A program made the position numbers and the translations under genes. Positions 31,695 through 41,586 of a DNA stretch of 64,000 nucleotides are shown here, piece after piece. Source of the DNA: an uncultured Thiomicrospira sp. (GTDB lineage Bacteria > Pseudomonadota > Gammaproteobacteria > CAKMZV01); contig OZ239628.1 in assembly GCA_965195345.1 (NCBI GenBank), forward strand, positions 416,001 through 480,000, given 5' to 3'. How positions within the stretch are numbered: position 1 is the stretch's first letter; every line of letters starts with the position of its first letter. Below the pieces are notes generated by a model that searched no databases, was not told the origin of the DNA, and saw only the letters and a list, made by a program, of their open reading frames with translations.

Positions 31695-32648
31695 TTATAG
31701 TATCGACAGCATTGATTCAGGAAGCTCTTGATTAAACATTCTTTGATAGTATTCTGCTACGATAGAGCGTTCGGATTCATCGCATTTGTTAAGGTATGCT
31801 AGGCGAAAAGAAATGGCTAAATCATTAAAAATAAGGTGGTTTTCAGCCCAAGATATAACTGTTCTTGGAGACATTAGTGTTGTAAGGTCGCCATTTTTCA
31901 ATCCTTGACGTGTCAGGTTTGCTACTGCTATCATGCCTTTTAGAGTTTCATCAAGGGCACTGTTTTCTCTAAAACCAGATACTTTTGCCTTCACAACTTG
32001 CAACTCTTGATCGGGCGATAGATGGTTTAGCGATGAGACAATATTCCAACGATCCAACTGAGCGTGGTTCAGTCGATGCGTTCCATGATAAAGGTTATAA
32101 ATATTTCCCAACCCAAGCGTGTTTGAAGTGGCAAAAAGGCGAAACTGGGGGTGTGCAGTAATAACCTTGTTGCCATCAGGAAGGGTGAACTTACCATCTG
32201 CTTCTAGGAGGCGTTGAATAATGAACATGATTTCAGGTCTTCCTGCATCGTATTCATCAAATATTAATGCCATAGGCTGTTGTAATGCCCAAGGGATTAT
32301 TCCCATTTGATATTGAGTAGATGTTTTGCCATCAACAACATTTAAAGTATCCTTGCCAATTAAATCAAGACGGTTGATGTTGCCGTCAAGATTTACTCTC
32401 ATGCAAGGCCAGTTCAATCGTGCTGCAACTTGTTCAAGATGGGTGGATTTGCCTGTTCCATGCAAACCTTGAATTAATACGCGACGGTTGTATTCAAAAC
32501 CAGCTAAGATGGAAAGTGTTGTTTGATGGTCAAAGTGATACAAATCGTCAATATCAGGGACAAATTCTGAACGTTCTATTAGCGCATTGATCTGCCAATC
32601 TGATTCGATATTGAAAGTTTTTTGGACGTTGATTGTTGTTGTTTTCAT
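31695..32648 (-). CDS. CobS-like AAA+ ATPase
   Basis: Walker A GLHGTGKST, HLEQVAARLNWP, Walker B IFDEYDAGRP and MSPRTVISWAEN. Confidence 0.88.
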   Translation of the reverse strand: MKTTTINVQKTFNIESDWQINALIERSEFVPDIDDLYHFDHQTTLSILAGFEYNRRVLIQGLHGTGKSTHLEQVAARLNWPCMRVNLDGNINRLDLIGKDTLNVVDGKTSTQYQMGIIPWALQQPMALIFDEYDAGRPEIMFIIQRLLEADGKFTLPDGNKVITAHPQFRLFATSNTLGLGNIYNLYHGTHRLNHAQLDRWNIVSSLNHLSPDQELQVVKAKVSGFRENSALDETLKGMIAVANLTRQGLKNGDLTTLMSPRTVISWAENHLIFNDLAISFRLAYLNKCDESERSIVAEYYQRMFNQELPESMLSIL

Positions 32649-33628
32649 TGGTTTGCTTGTAGCGCAGTCAAAGTGGCTGTTAATAAAACATCTTTTGCTG
32701 AACAGCCACGCGAAAGGTCGTTTGCAGGTTGAGCAAGCCCTTGAAGAATAGGTCCTATGGCTAGCGCATTTCCAAACCGTTCGGCAATTTTATAGCCAAT
32801 GTTTCCTGCATTTAAATTCGGGAAAATGAGTACGTTGGCGGGATTACTAAGTTGCGGGTTTGAGATTTTTTGTTGAGCCACTGTGGACAAAATTGCTGCG
32901 TCAAGCTGAACTTCCCCTTCAATTTCCCAGTCAGGGTGCTGCGTTTTAAGTAATGAGGTCGCTTGTGCAACTTTGTTGACTTCGTCATGTGTGGCGCTTC
33001 CTGCCGTGGAGAAAGAGAGCATTGCAACACGGGGATTTTCAGAAAAAAGTGTTTGATAGTTTAGGGCGCTTGCACTGGCAATTTGTTTTAATTGGTCAAC
33101 ATCCGGATCGACTACAAGCGCGCAGTCGGAGAATATAAATTGCTTTTGTTTCAGCGGGTGGCTGTCAGGTAAGAGCACAATAAAGAAGCTCGAAACCTGA
33201 GAGACATTTTCAGCTGTTCCGATAATTTGCAATGCACCACGGACAACGTCTGGAGTAGTATAACAAGCACCACTCACGCAGCCATCAACAGCGTTTTTTT
33301 TGAGGAGCATGTAACTGTATGTTAGAGGGTCAAGTATGTTCTTTCGAGCATCGTCAAGCGACATTCCTTTGTGTTTTCTAAGGGCGTGTAAATCATTACT
33401 AAACTTGCTTAGATCAGGGGTTTGAGAGGGGTCTATGACTTCAATCTCAGCAGGGACGTGCTGACGAATTCTTGATGAATTACCAACGAGGACAGGCTCG
33501 AATAAGTCAGATTCCCAGCCTTCAATGGAAGCTTCAATGATCCTTAAGTCTTCACCTTCAGCGAAAACAATGCGCTTGGTTGAAGCCTCTTTAACGCGCG
33601 TATAAATTTTTTCTACTGCATCGCCCAC
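32645..33628 (-). CDS. pta: Phosphate acetyltransferase
   Basis: RIVFAEGED, AMLSFST, GEVQLDAA, FPNLNAGNIGYK and NDLSRGC. Confidence 0.95.
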   Translation of the reverse strand: MGDAVEKIYTRVKEASTKRIVFAEGEDLRIIEASIEGWESDLFEPVLVGNSSRIRQHVPAEIEVIDPSQTPDLSKFSNDLHALRKHKGMSLDDARKNILDPLTYSYMLLKKNAVDGCVSGACYTTPDVVRGALQIIGTAENVSQVSSFFIVLLPDSHPLKQKQFIFSDCALVVDPDVDQLKQIASASALNYQTLFSENPRVAMLSFSTAGSATHDEVNKVAQATSLLKTQHPDWEIEGEVQLDAAILSTVAQQKISNPQLSNPANVLIFPNLNAGNIGYKIAERFGNALAIGPILQGLAQPANDLSRGCSAKDVLLTATLTALQANQ

Positions 33629-33640
33629 TGTAATTATCGT

Positions 33641-35011
33641 TTAAGGTAGCACATCAAGAAATTGATAATACTGGTAGAACAAGCGTTGGCCAATACGTCT
33701 GAAGGGAGTGAAGAGGTGTTTTTCCAATGGTGTCGTGTATGTTGGCAAATTAGGCATTGGAACGCCTGCAATCATATCAGACATGCGCAACCCTGCATGT
33801 ACGCTGTAAGCAACGCCGTTTCCGCCGTAGCCAAGAGAGTAGAAAATACCACTGTCAGGAGAAAAAATACGAGGCATCATATCATGGCTGACATCAACCC
33901 ATCCCCACCATGAGTAATCAATCTGAATATTTTTAAGTGCAGGAAATTTATTGGCCATACCATTGATCAGTAAATCGTAATGTTTTTTATTGTCTGCATC
34001 ACTACCAGTGATCGCGCTGCGTGTTCCCATCTGTAGTCGGTTATCTGGAAGCAAGCGGTAATAAAATCGCAAATTTCGGGTATCGGTGATAACTAAATTG
34101 GTATGTAATCCTGCCTCACGTATCTCGTTTTCAGTCAGAACACGAGTTACAACCGAGTTTGATAATATTGGCATATACCGGTAAGCAAGCAGTGGGTTGA
34201 GCATGGCACTGGTATAACCGCCAGTAGAAACAGCTACATTTTTAGTCTTAACAATGCCTTTAGGAGTATGCAGGTAATGGATGCCATTTTCACTGTACCA
34301 GTTTGTTACAGGAGAGTGAGGATGAATTTTGACACCGAGGCTACGTGCCGTTTTTGCATAGCCATAAGCCAATTTCAGCGGATGTACACCAACCCCGTAT
34401 GGTTCAAGCATAGCACCAAAACATTGGGCATCATTAACGTATTCGCTACTTACTTCTTGTTGGTCAAGCCACTTGCTTTTTTGCCCATATACGCGGTTAT
34501 GTATTTCAATTTCGGTTTGTATTTTTTCAACGAGCGATTTGCGGTGTGCCAATAATAAATGTCCGTCTCCTTGAGGCTGACAGTCCATTTCAGGTTGATA
34601 CGCCAATTCACGAAACTGCATGTAACCCTCTTTTAGGTCTTCATACATACCAACTGCGATTTCTTCTCCCCAACGAGATACCCACTGGCCAAGTCCGAGC
34701 CTGCCAGATTTGAATTGACCTTGTCCGCCGTTTCTACTAGTACAGCCCCAAGCTAAATGGTTTGCATCTAATACGGTTGCTTTAATACCATGATTCTTTG
34801 CCAAGAACATTGCCGTTGTCAGTCCTGTGAAGCCTGAACCAATAATTACAACGTCTGCATCGACATCGCCATCGATAGGGGGGTCTAATTCAGGAGCTTC
34901 ACCGGCAGTGGCTACCCAATAAGTCGGGGCATAATCTACCCCATTACCGGGGGTTGAGTCAACTAAAGGGTCGTATTTTGGATTATAAGGATGGTTCGCT
35001 GGAGCGCTCAT
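33641..35011 (-). CDS. tauY: FAD-dependent oxidoreductase, taurine dehydrogenase large subunit-like
   Basis: YDPLVD...YAPTYWVATAG N-terminus, GSGFTG FAD motif and WGCTSRNGGQ; context tauABC/pta/xsc. Start 35011 gives an ATGA overlap with tauX (alternative start 35023). Confidence 0.8.
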   Translation of the reverse strand: MSAPANHPYNPKYDPLVDSTPGNGVDYAPTYWVATAGEAPELDPPIDGDVDADVVIIGSGFTGLTTAMFLAKNHGIKATVLDANHLAWGCTSRNGGQGQFKSGRLGLGQWVSRWGEEIAVGMYEDLKEGYMQFRELAYQPEMDCQPQGDGHLLLAHRKSLVEKIQTEIEIHNRVYGQKSKWLDQQEVSSEYVNDAQCFGAMLEPYGVGVHPLKLAYGYAKTARSLGVKIHPHSPVTNWYSENGIHYLHTPKGIVKTKNVAVSTGGYTSAMLNPLLAYRYMPILSNSVVTRVLTENEIREAGLHTNLVITDTRNLRFYYRLLPDNRLQMGTRSAITGSDADNKKHYDLLINGMANKFPALKNIQIDYSWWGWVDVSHDMMPRIFSPDSGIFYSLGYGGNGVAYSVHAGLRMSDMIAGVPMPNLPTYTTPLEKHLFTPFRRIGQRLFYQYYQFLDVLP

Positions 35012-35382
35012 TTGGTCGGACATTGTTTGCGAAAAGCATTTTTTGTCGCAATCTTACCATCTTCAAAAGAAAAAATATCACAACCTTGTGCTTCTATACG
35101 GCTGCCGTCGGGGTTGGTTCCAGTAAAAAGCCAATGTGATAGACCGACATCACCACTAGCGAAACAATCTAATGATTTCCAGTGCGCGTCTTTAATGGTA
35201 GCAAAGACCCCTTCAAAAGCAGCGCGAACAGCCTCTTTTCCAGCGATTTCATTGCCGTATGAATGGTCGCCAGCGAGGGTGTAAAAAATACAATCATCGG
35301 TCATCATAGACGCTAGAGCGGCACCGTCATGTTTATTAAATGCGTCGCCGAAGTTGCTCATCAAATCTACATAGTTAGTCAT
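35008..35382 (-). CDS. tauX: NTF2/SnoaL-like protein, taurine dehydrogenase small subunit-like
   Basis: DAFNKHD..ALASMMTDDCIF, GCDIFSF and KNAFRK; translationally coupled to tauY. Confidence 0.75.
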   Translation of the reverse strand: MTNYVDLMSNFGDAFNKHDGAALASMMTDDCIFYTLAGDHSYGNEIAGKEAVRAAFEGVFATIKDAHWKSLDCFASGDVGLSHWLFTGTNPDGSRIEAQGCDIFSFEDGKIATKNAFRKQCPTK

Positions 35383-35435
35383 TATTTGTTTTCTCCATTA
35401 AAGTAATAAGGTTTTTTTACTAATCGTTGTTCTAA

Positions 35436-36287
35436 TTAATTCTTTCCGCGCCATGGAATGAGCTTTCTTTCTAAGTAACGCATAAACAAATCAATCATAT
35501 AAGCTATCAATCCAATTAAAATGATCCCAAGCACTACAATATCGGTGGAAAGGAATTTACTTGCGACCATTATCATCATGCCTACACCTGCTTCAGCTGC
35601 CACCAATTCTGCGGCGACAACAGTACCCCAACAAACGCCCATACAAACGCGCATTCCTGTAAATATCTCGGGCAGTGCATTTGGAAGAATGACTTTGAAC
35701 AGAATTTGTGTTTTTGTGGCGTTCAATGTGTAAGCGGCGTGAATTTTAGAAATCTTTGTTGCTAGAGCACCAGAGCGTGTCGCCAATGCCATAATCCAAA
35801 TGGCTGCAAGAAACAAAAGGAATACTTTTGCCGACTCTCCAATGCCTAACCAAAGAATGACTAAGGGGATAAGCGCGAGCGGAGGCATAGGGCGGAAAAA
35901 TTCAACGATTGGGTCGAACAATCGATTCATGACGCGCGATAGTGCTAAAGCGAATCCTAGGGGGATGCCAATAGCACAGCCTATTGCAAATCCCATTAAG
36001 ACTCGAAACAAACTCAAACCAATATGCTCAGCTAAAGTAAAGTTTCTGAATCCATCGACAGATATTTTTACAAATTGATCCCATACGGAAGGTATTGATG
36101 GCCAAAATATTGGACTGACCCAACCATATTTCCCAGCTAAAAACCATAAAAACAATAACGAACCAATGGATAAAAAAGTCCACCCTCGAGAGCCTTTAGC
36201 AGCAACCACTGAAGCATCGCCGAATGTGACGGTTTTGCGAGTAGTGTTTGGATCAATAAATCCCAGTTTTATAAGAGTTTTTTTCAT
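35436..36287 (-). CDS. tauC: Taurine ABC transporter permease
   Basis: RPMPPLALIPL, LPEIFTGMR and VVAAELVAA. Confidence 0.88.
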   Translation of the reverse strand: MKKTLIKLGFIDPNTTRKTVTFGDASVVAAKGSRGWTFLSIGSLLFLWFLAGKYGWVSPIFWPSIPSVWDQFVKISVDGFRNFTLAEHIGLSLFRVLMGFAIGCAIGIPLGFALALSRVMNRLFDPIVEFFRPMPPLALIPLVILWLGIGESAKVFLLFLAAIWIMALATRSGALATKISKIHAAYTLNATKTQILFKVILPNALPEIFTGMRVCMGVCWGTVVAAELVAAEAGVGMMIMVASKFLSTDIVVLGIILIGLIAYMIDLFMRYLERKLIPWRGKN

Positions 36288-37091
36288 TTATGCTTCCTCA
36301 ACTCGTCCCATGATTTCTTCTTCCATGTTCCAAATCATTGATAATATTTCTTCTCTGACATCTACAAAATCACTTTGTTTCTTAATGTCGCGTGTATTCG
36401 TTTTTAGCCCCTGTTCAGCAAAAGGCAGGTTGTATTCCTTTTCAATGCGACCTGGTCGAGGTGCCATTATGAATAGGCGGTTACCCAAAATCATTGCTTC
36501 TTCGACGCTGTGGGTAATCAATACAATTGTTTTTCCAGTCTCTTTCCAAAGTTTCAAAATCAGACCTTGCATTTTTTCACGAGTCAATGCGTCTAAGGCA
36601 CCTAGTGGTTCATCCATTAAAATTAAGTCTGGTTTGTTTGCAAGGCATCTGGCAAGAGCAACACGTTGCTGCATGCCTCCCGATAATTCATATGTTGACT
36701 TTTTACCAAAATTTGAAAGCCCAACTACGTCTAACCACTCTTGAACTAATTTTTTTGTTTGCGCTTTGGGTTTTCCTGACATGTTTGGACCAAACCCTAC
36801 ATTGTCTTCAACACTCAACCACTCAAACAGCGCGCCTTGTTGGAAAACCATTCCACGACTAGGGTCGGGTGATGTGATTTCCTTTTCATTGAAGATCATG
36901 CTGCCCCCAGTGGGGGCAAGAAATCCAGCCAATATGTTGAGCATAGTGGTTTTTCCACAACCAGACGGACCTAATACAGTCAATAGCTCACCCTCTTTAA
37001 GGTCGAAAGAGACGTCTTTCAATGCTTCAACAGTATCACCGTTTGGCAGTTCATAGGTCATAGATAAATTTTTAACTGCTAATCCTTTCAT
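36288..37091 (-). CDS. tauB: Taurine ABC transporter ATP-binding protein
   Basis: GPSGCGKTT, LSGGMQQRV and DEPLGALDALTRE. Confidence 0.9.
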   Translation of the reverse strand: MKGLAVKNLSMTYELPNGDTVEALKDVSFDLKEGELLTVLGPSGCGKTTMLNILAGFLAPTGGSMIFNEKEITSPDPSRGMVFQQGALFEWLSVEDNVGFGPNMSGKPKAQTKKLVQEWLDVVGLSNFGKKSTYELSGGMQQRVALARCLANKPDLILMDEPLGALDALTREKMQGLILKLWKETGKTIVLITHSVEEAMILGNRLFIMAPRPGRIEKEYNLPFAEQGLKTNTRDIKKQSDFVDVREEILSMIWNMEEEIMGRVEEA

Positions 37092-37365
37092 ATTATGTGA
37101 TTCCTTTAATAGTTTCCCTTCTGGTCATATTTTTTATATTCTGACCTACAGAGGCAACTCTTTGCAAAGTAAATTTTTTGGAGTTGATGATTGTATTATG
37201 TTTTTTGCGTTACGATAAGTTGGCAATATGCCATCTAAATAGAACCGCTATGGTTGGTTTTTATCATAAAAATCACCTCTATTGCGTTCGCATAAGAACA
37301 AAATTGAACAGCGTTCGAACACATAAAGCTGATTTTTAATCGAGAATTTTTTTGTTTGATTTTTA

Positions 37366-37400
37366 CAAAACAAAGGGTGGCAAAATTAATTGCCACCCTC
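37366..37400 (-). terminator. Hairpin/terminator after tauA
   Basis: Minus strand AGGGTGGCAA-loop-TTGCCACCCT followed by TTGTTTTG. Confidence 0.7.
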
Positions 37401-37414
37401 AAAGTTTGTTAAAA

Positions 37415-38410
37415 CTATTTCACGTCTGCTAGGACACTATCATCAATTGTACGGCTGTACTCCTCGAGTGTAAGCGCTCTTGGCATTTGATCTTGTTCAA
37501 CAAAGAAGTCGGCAACTTCTTTTGTGAATTCTTGAATTCCACCAAGCATCCATTTAGAACTTAATTGCTCAGAACGCGTGGGAAATCCAAAATTCTTCAA
37601 AGAACCTGCAGTATCTGCTGGGCTCATACCAGCGGCATTAGCAATCGTATCATAAAAACGCTCTGGGTAGCGAAGGTATGATACATTGGCATCTTCAGTA
37701 ATTTGCATAAACTGTCTGATGATTTCAGGGTTTTCTCTTGCAAATTTTCCTGTAACAGAAACGATATCAAAAACTTTTAAGCCAATAGCTTCTTGTTCAG
37801 CACCAGTCATTAGCACTGTTCCATGCTCTTTCATACGCTTTAATGAACCACCGAAGCCACAACCCATATCGATGTCTCCTCTTGCCAAAGCGGCGAAGAC
37901 ATCAGAGTTTTGCATGCTCAAGATTTTCACTTTGCTAGCATCAACACCAAGATGTTTTAGTGTGCGAAGCAATTTATAGTGCGTCACATTACCATTAGGG
38001 CTTCCTACTTTCTTGCCTTCTAATTCCTTAGCATTGGCTTGAGTAATGCCCGTTCCATTGCGTACAACGCAATTGTCACCTTCTGCATAAGTTACTGCAA
38101 CGCCTACGAGCTTTAAATCAACGCCTTTGCTAACCGCAACTACGAAAGGAACAAATCCTTGAGAGAAAGCGATATCAATATCACCAGCGACCATGGCAGC
38201 AGTCATAGCATTGCCATCGGCAAAGGCTCTCCAATTCACTTTCAATCCCATTCTTTTGTCGAAAGTTTCCTCTACTTGAGCAACCTGATTAGGGGTTGGC
38301 CACTCTAGAAAGTAAGCAACGTTCAATTCATCTAATGCGTTTGCAGATAGACTGAAAGACAGCCCAGCAGCAATAACAAGCGATGCGAGCATATTTTTAA
38401 TTTTTAACAT
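37415..38410 (-). CDS. tauA: Taurine ABC transporter substrate-binding protein
   Basis: Signal peptide; VAYFLEWPTP motif typical of marine/alphaproteobacterial TauA; cluster context. Confidence 0.85.
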   Translation of the reverse strand: MLKIKNMLASLVIAAGLSFSLSANALDELNVAYFLEWPTPNQVAQVEETFDKRMGLKVNWRAFADGNAMTAAMVAGDIDIAFSQGFVPFVVAVSKGVDLKLVGVAVTYAEGDNCVVRNGTGITQANAKELEGKKVGSPNGNVTHYKLLRTLKHLGVDASKVKILSMQNSDVFAALARGDIDMGCGFGGSLKRMKEHGTVLMTGAEQEAIGLKVFDIVSVTGKFARENPEIIRQFMQITEDANVSYLRYPERFYDTIANAAGMSPADTAGSLKNFGFPTRSEQLSSKWMLGGIQEFTKEVADFFVEQDQMPRALTLEEYSRTIDDSVLADVK

Positions 38411-38688
38411 GTAAGATCCTCTTTTAATTGTAGTACTAATTTAAAAAGCAAAATTTTCTTTGGAATTGAAAGTTTTGCCAAACAGCTAACAATAATATCT
38501 TATTCAAAGGCATTTATGCAAGAGCAATTTGATTATTGTTTGCTTATTCAGTATGATTTTTACAGTAACAGGCTAAATGAGCAATAGAAAGGCAGTAAAA
38601 TGCCGGTAATAAATTTCCTCTGCAAATAACCTAATATGTCTGTTTTAAAGTCAACGTGTTTTGATTTGAATTTTTTGTTTTTTAAGGC

Positions 38689-39603
38689 ATGAAAAAGAAC
38701 TCTGCACACGCATTGCTTTTATTGGCAGGTGTTATTTGGGGTGTCGGTTTCGTTGCCCAAAAAACCTCAATGGATGATGTCGGACCACTTCTTTTTGTGG
38801 GACTACGTTTTCTAATAGCGGCACTCGTAACTTTTCCTCTTGCTTGGATTCAATATAGGCGATTGCAACGCTTGCAATGTGAATTTTCAAGAGTCGATTG
38901 GATGCTAATGACAGTTACTGGGGTTGTCTTTTTTCTGGCAATGACCTTGCAACAGGTGGGATTGCTTTATACAAGCGTTACAAAATCAGGTTTTTTAACA
39001 GGCTTATATGTTGTATTAGTGCCGTTCATCATGTACTTTGTTCTTCGTAGAAAACAAAGCAAATACATCTGGTTTTGTGCTTTCGGGGCTCTAATAGGTA
39101 TTTATTTATTGAATCATAGTCCTGTGGACCGTTTGAATTTTGGAGATTTTTTAACGGTAATATCAGCGATTATGTGGGCTATACACGTTATTTTAATAGG
39201 CAGTTTGTCGCGCAAATTTAATGCGCCTTTCTTTTTCGCTTTCATGCAATTTTTCATAACAGGATTGCTTGGTGTTACGGCTTATGGATTGTTTGCAGGC
39301 GCCTCTTTTGAAATGGTTGCGAACTTAGATGGTTTAAGTGGCGCAATGGTGGAATTGTTGTACACGGCGATTATGGCGGGGGCGATTGCCTTTAGTCTAC
39401 AGATAATCGGACAACGCCATACCACAGAGGCAAATGCTGCGGTTTTACTTTCATCAGAGGCATTGTTTGCTGCATTGTTTTCTATACTGCTGATAAGTGA
39501 ATCGTTATCATTCGTTGGTTACATTGGTTGTGCGATTCTATTTATTTCAGTTGTACTGGTTCAGCTACTGCCTACCAGTAAAGAGATAAAGAATACGACT
39601 TAA
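38689..39603 (+). CDS. DMT/EamA family transporter
   Basis: IWGVGFVAQK, GLRF, LQQVGL, FLTGLYVVLVP; about 10 transmembrane segments. Confidence 0.88.
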   Translation: MKKNSAHALLLLAGVIWGVGFVAQKTSMDDVGPLLFVGLRFLIAALVTFPLAWIQYRRLQRLQCEFSRVDWMLMTVTGVVFFLAMTLQQVGLLYTSVTKSGFLTGLYVVLVPFIMYFVLRRKQSKYIWFCAFGALIGIYLLNHSPVDRLNFGDFLTVISAIMWAIHVILIGSLSRKFNAPFFFAFMQFFITGLLGVTAYGLFAGASFEMVANLDGLSGAMVELLYTAIMAGAIAFSLQIIGQRHTTEANAAVLLSSEALFAALFSILLISESLSFVGYIGCAILFISVVLVQLLPTSKEIKNTT

Positions 39604-39789
39604 ACACACACGCTTGCATAAACATAGGGAGTGACTTTTTTGCATTGAGATGGCATCTATTCGTTACAATGGGCGACCTGCATTCTCATGCGCATATTAA
39701 TTCACAATCTAAACGAGGATTTTAATGATAACCTCAAGTGTCTGGATGTGGAACGAAAATAAACACTTAGAAATTTAAGGATGATTAGA

Positions 39790-41559
39790 ATGAGTAAAGT
39801 AAAAATGACGCCAAGTGAGGCTTTTGTTGAAACGATGGTTGCAAATGGGGTGACGGATATTTACGGTATTATGGGTTCTGCGTTTATGGATGCTATGGAT
39901 ATTTTTGCACCAGCTGGTATTCGCTTTATTCCAGTTGTTCATGAGCAGGGTGGGGCGCATATGGCGGATGGTTACTCACGCGTTAGCGGACGTCATGGTG
40001 TGGTCATCGGTCAAAACGGACCCGGTATTAGTAACTGCGTTACAGCGGTAGCAGCCGCATACTGGGCACACAGCCCTGTTGTTATGATTACACCTGAAAC
40101 AGGTACTATGGGGCTTGGACTTGGTGGTTTTCAAGAAGCCAATCAACTACCAATGTTTCAAGAGTTTACCAAGTATCAGGGACACGTGAATAATCCAAAG
40201 CGTATGGCGGAGATTACCGGTCGGTGTTTTGATCGTGCTATGTCTGAGATGGCTCCTTCGCAACTGAATATACCACGCGATTATTTCTACGGTGAAATCG
40301 ACGTTGAAATTCCAAAGCCTCAACGTATTGATCGAGGACATGGTGGCGAACAGTCGTTGCAAGAAGCGGTTGATCTCCTTGCTTCTGCTAAATTTCCAGT
40401 TATTGTTTCAGGCGGTGGAGTGGTATTTGCTGATGGTGTGCAAGAGTGCATCGCATTGGCTGAGCGCTTAGGGGCACCTACTGTCAACAGTTATCTGCAT
40501 AATGATTCTTTCCCTGCAAGTCATCCTTTGTGGTGTGGTCCTCTAGGCTATCAAGGTTCAAAAGCTGGAATGCGTTTGATCTCTAAAGCGGACGTTGTTC
40601 TTGCTTTGGGTTCGCGTCTTGGACCATTTGGAACATTGCCGCAACATGGTATGGACTATTGGCCTCAAAATGCCAAAATTATTCAGGTTGATGCCGATCA
40701 TAAAATGCTTGGATTGGTGAAAAGCATTAATGTTGGAATATGTGGAGATGCGAAAGCAGTCGCTAAAGTATTGGTTGCACGCTTGGCTGATAAAAAACTT
40801 GTTTGTGACGAGTCACGATCTGCACGATCTGAGGAAATAGCGCGTGAAAAGAAATCGTGGGAAGATGAGTTGGATAATTGGACGCATGAAAAAGACGATT
40901 TCAGTCTTGACATGATAAAGGAACAAGGGGGCGAGGCCGGAAACTATTTGCATCCCCGACAAGTATTGCGAGAGTTAGAAAAGGCAATGCCAAAAGATGT
41001 AATGGTATCTACAGATATCGGTAATATCAATTCCGTGGCAAATAGCTATTTGCGTTTTGATCGTCCAAGAAGTTTCTTCGCTGCGATGAGTTTTGGTAAT
41101 TGTGGTTATGCGTTTCCAACGATGATTGGAGCAAAAACGGCAGCGCCTGAACGACCAGCCATATCTTATGCTGGTGATGGTGCATGGGGCATGAGTATGC
41201 AAGAGACTTTTACCTGTGTGCGACATAATATTCCAGTTACCGCTGTTGTTTTCCATAATCGTCAATGGGGCGCGGAAAAGAAAAACCAAGTTGATTTTTA
41301 TAATCGTCGTTTTACTGGTGCCGAGCTTGAAAATGGTTCTTGGGCTGAAGTAGCTAAGGCAATGGGTGCTGAAGGAATTCGGGTTGATCGATTAGAGGAT
41401 GTTGGTCCTGCCTTGAAAAAAGCCATCGATATGCAAATGAATGAGAAAAAAACTTGTATATTGGAGATCATGTGTACCCGTGAATTGGGAGATCCGTTCC
41501 GCCGCGATGCTTTATCAAAGCCTATTCGTTTTCTTGATAAGTATAAAGATTACGTTTAA
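39790..41559 (+). CDS. xsc: Sulfoacetaldehyde acetyltransferase
   Basis: MTPSEAFVE, GIMGSAFMD, ThDP motif GDGAWG, NRQWGAEKKNQ and C-terminal ELGDPFRRDAL. Confidence 0.96.
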   Translation: MSKVKMTPSEAFVETMVANGVTDIYGIMGSAFMDAMDIFAPAGIRFIPVVHEQGGAHMADGYSRVSGRHGVVIGQNGPGISNCVTAVAAAYWAHSPVVMITPETGTMGLGLGGFQEANQLPMFQEFTKYQGHVNNPKRMAEITGRCFDRAMSEMAPSQLNIPRDYFYGEIDVEIPKPQRIDRGHGGEQSLQEAVDLLASAKFPVIVSGGGVVFADGVQECIALAERLGAPTVNSYLHNDSFPASHPLWCGPLGYQGSKAGMRLISKADVVLALGSRLGPFGTLPQHGMDYWPQNAKIIQVDADHKMLGLVKSINVGICGDAKAVAKVLVARLADKKLVCDESRSARSEEIAREKKSWEDELDNWTHEKDDFSLDMIKEQGGEAGNYLHPRQVLRELEKAMPKDVMVSTDIGNINSVANSYLRFDRPRSFFAAMSFGNCGYAFPTMIGAKTAAPERPAISYAGDGAWGMSMQETFTCVRHNIPVTAVVFHNRQWGAEKKNQVDFYNRRFTGAELENGSWAEVAKAMGAEGIRVDRLEDVGPALKKAIDMQMNEKKTCILEIMCTRELGDPFRRDALSKPIRFLDKYKDYV

Positions 41560-41586
41560 AGACTATTTTAATTATAGTTCGTTGGC

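Noticed and set aside
29990-32648. Annotation as cobaltochelatase CobST of B12 synthesis
   Set aside because: No cobN or other cob genes nearby and the pair is coupled to pta; kept as CobST-like only.
37092-37320. Two weak hairpins in the tauA-tauB spacer as a possible riboswitch
   Set aside because: AT-rich imperfect stems with no recognisable aptamer consensus.
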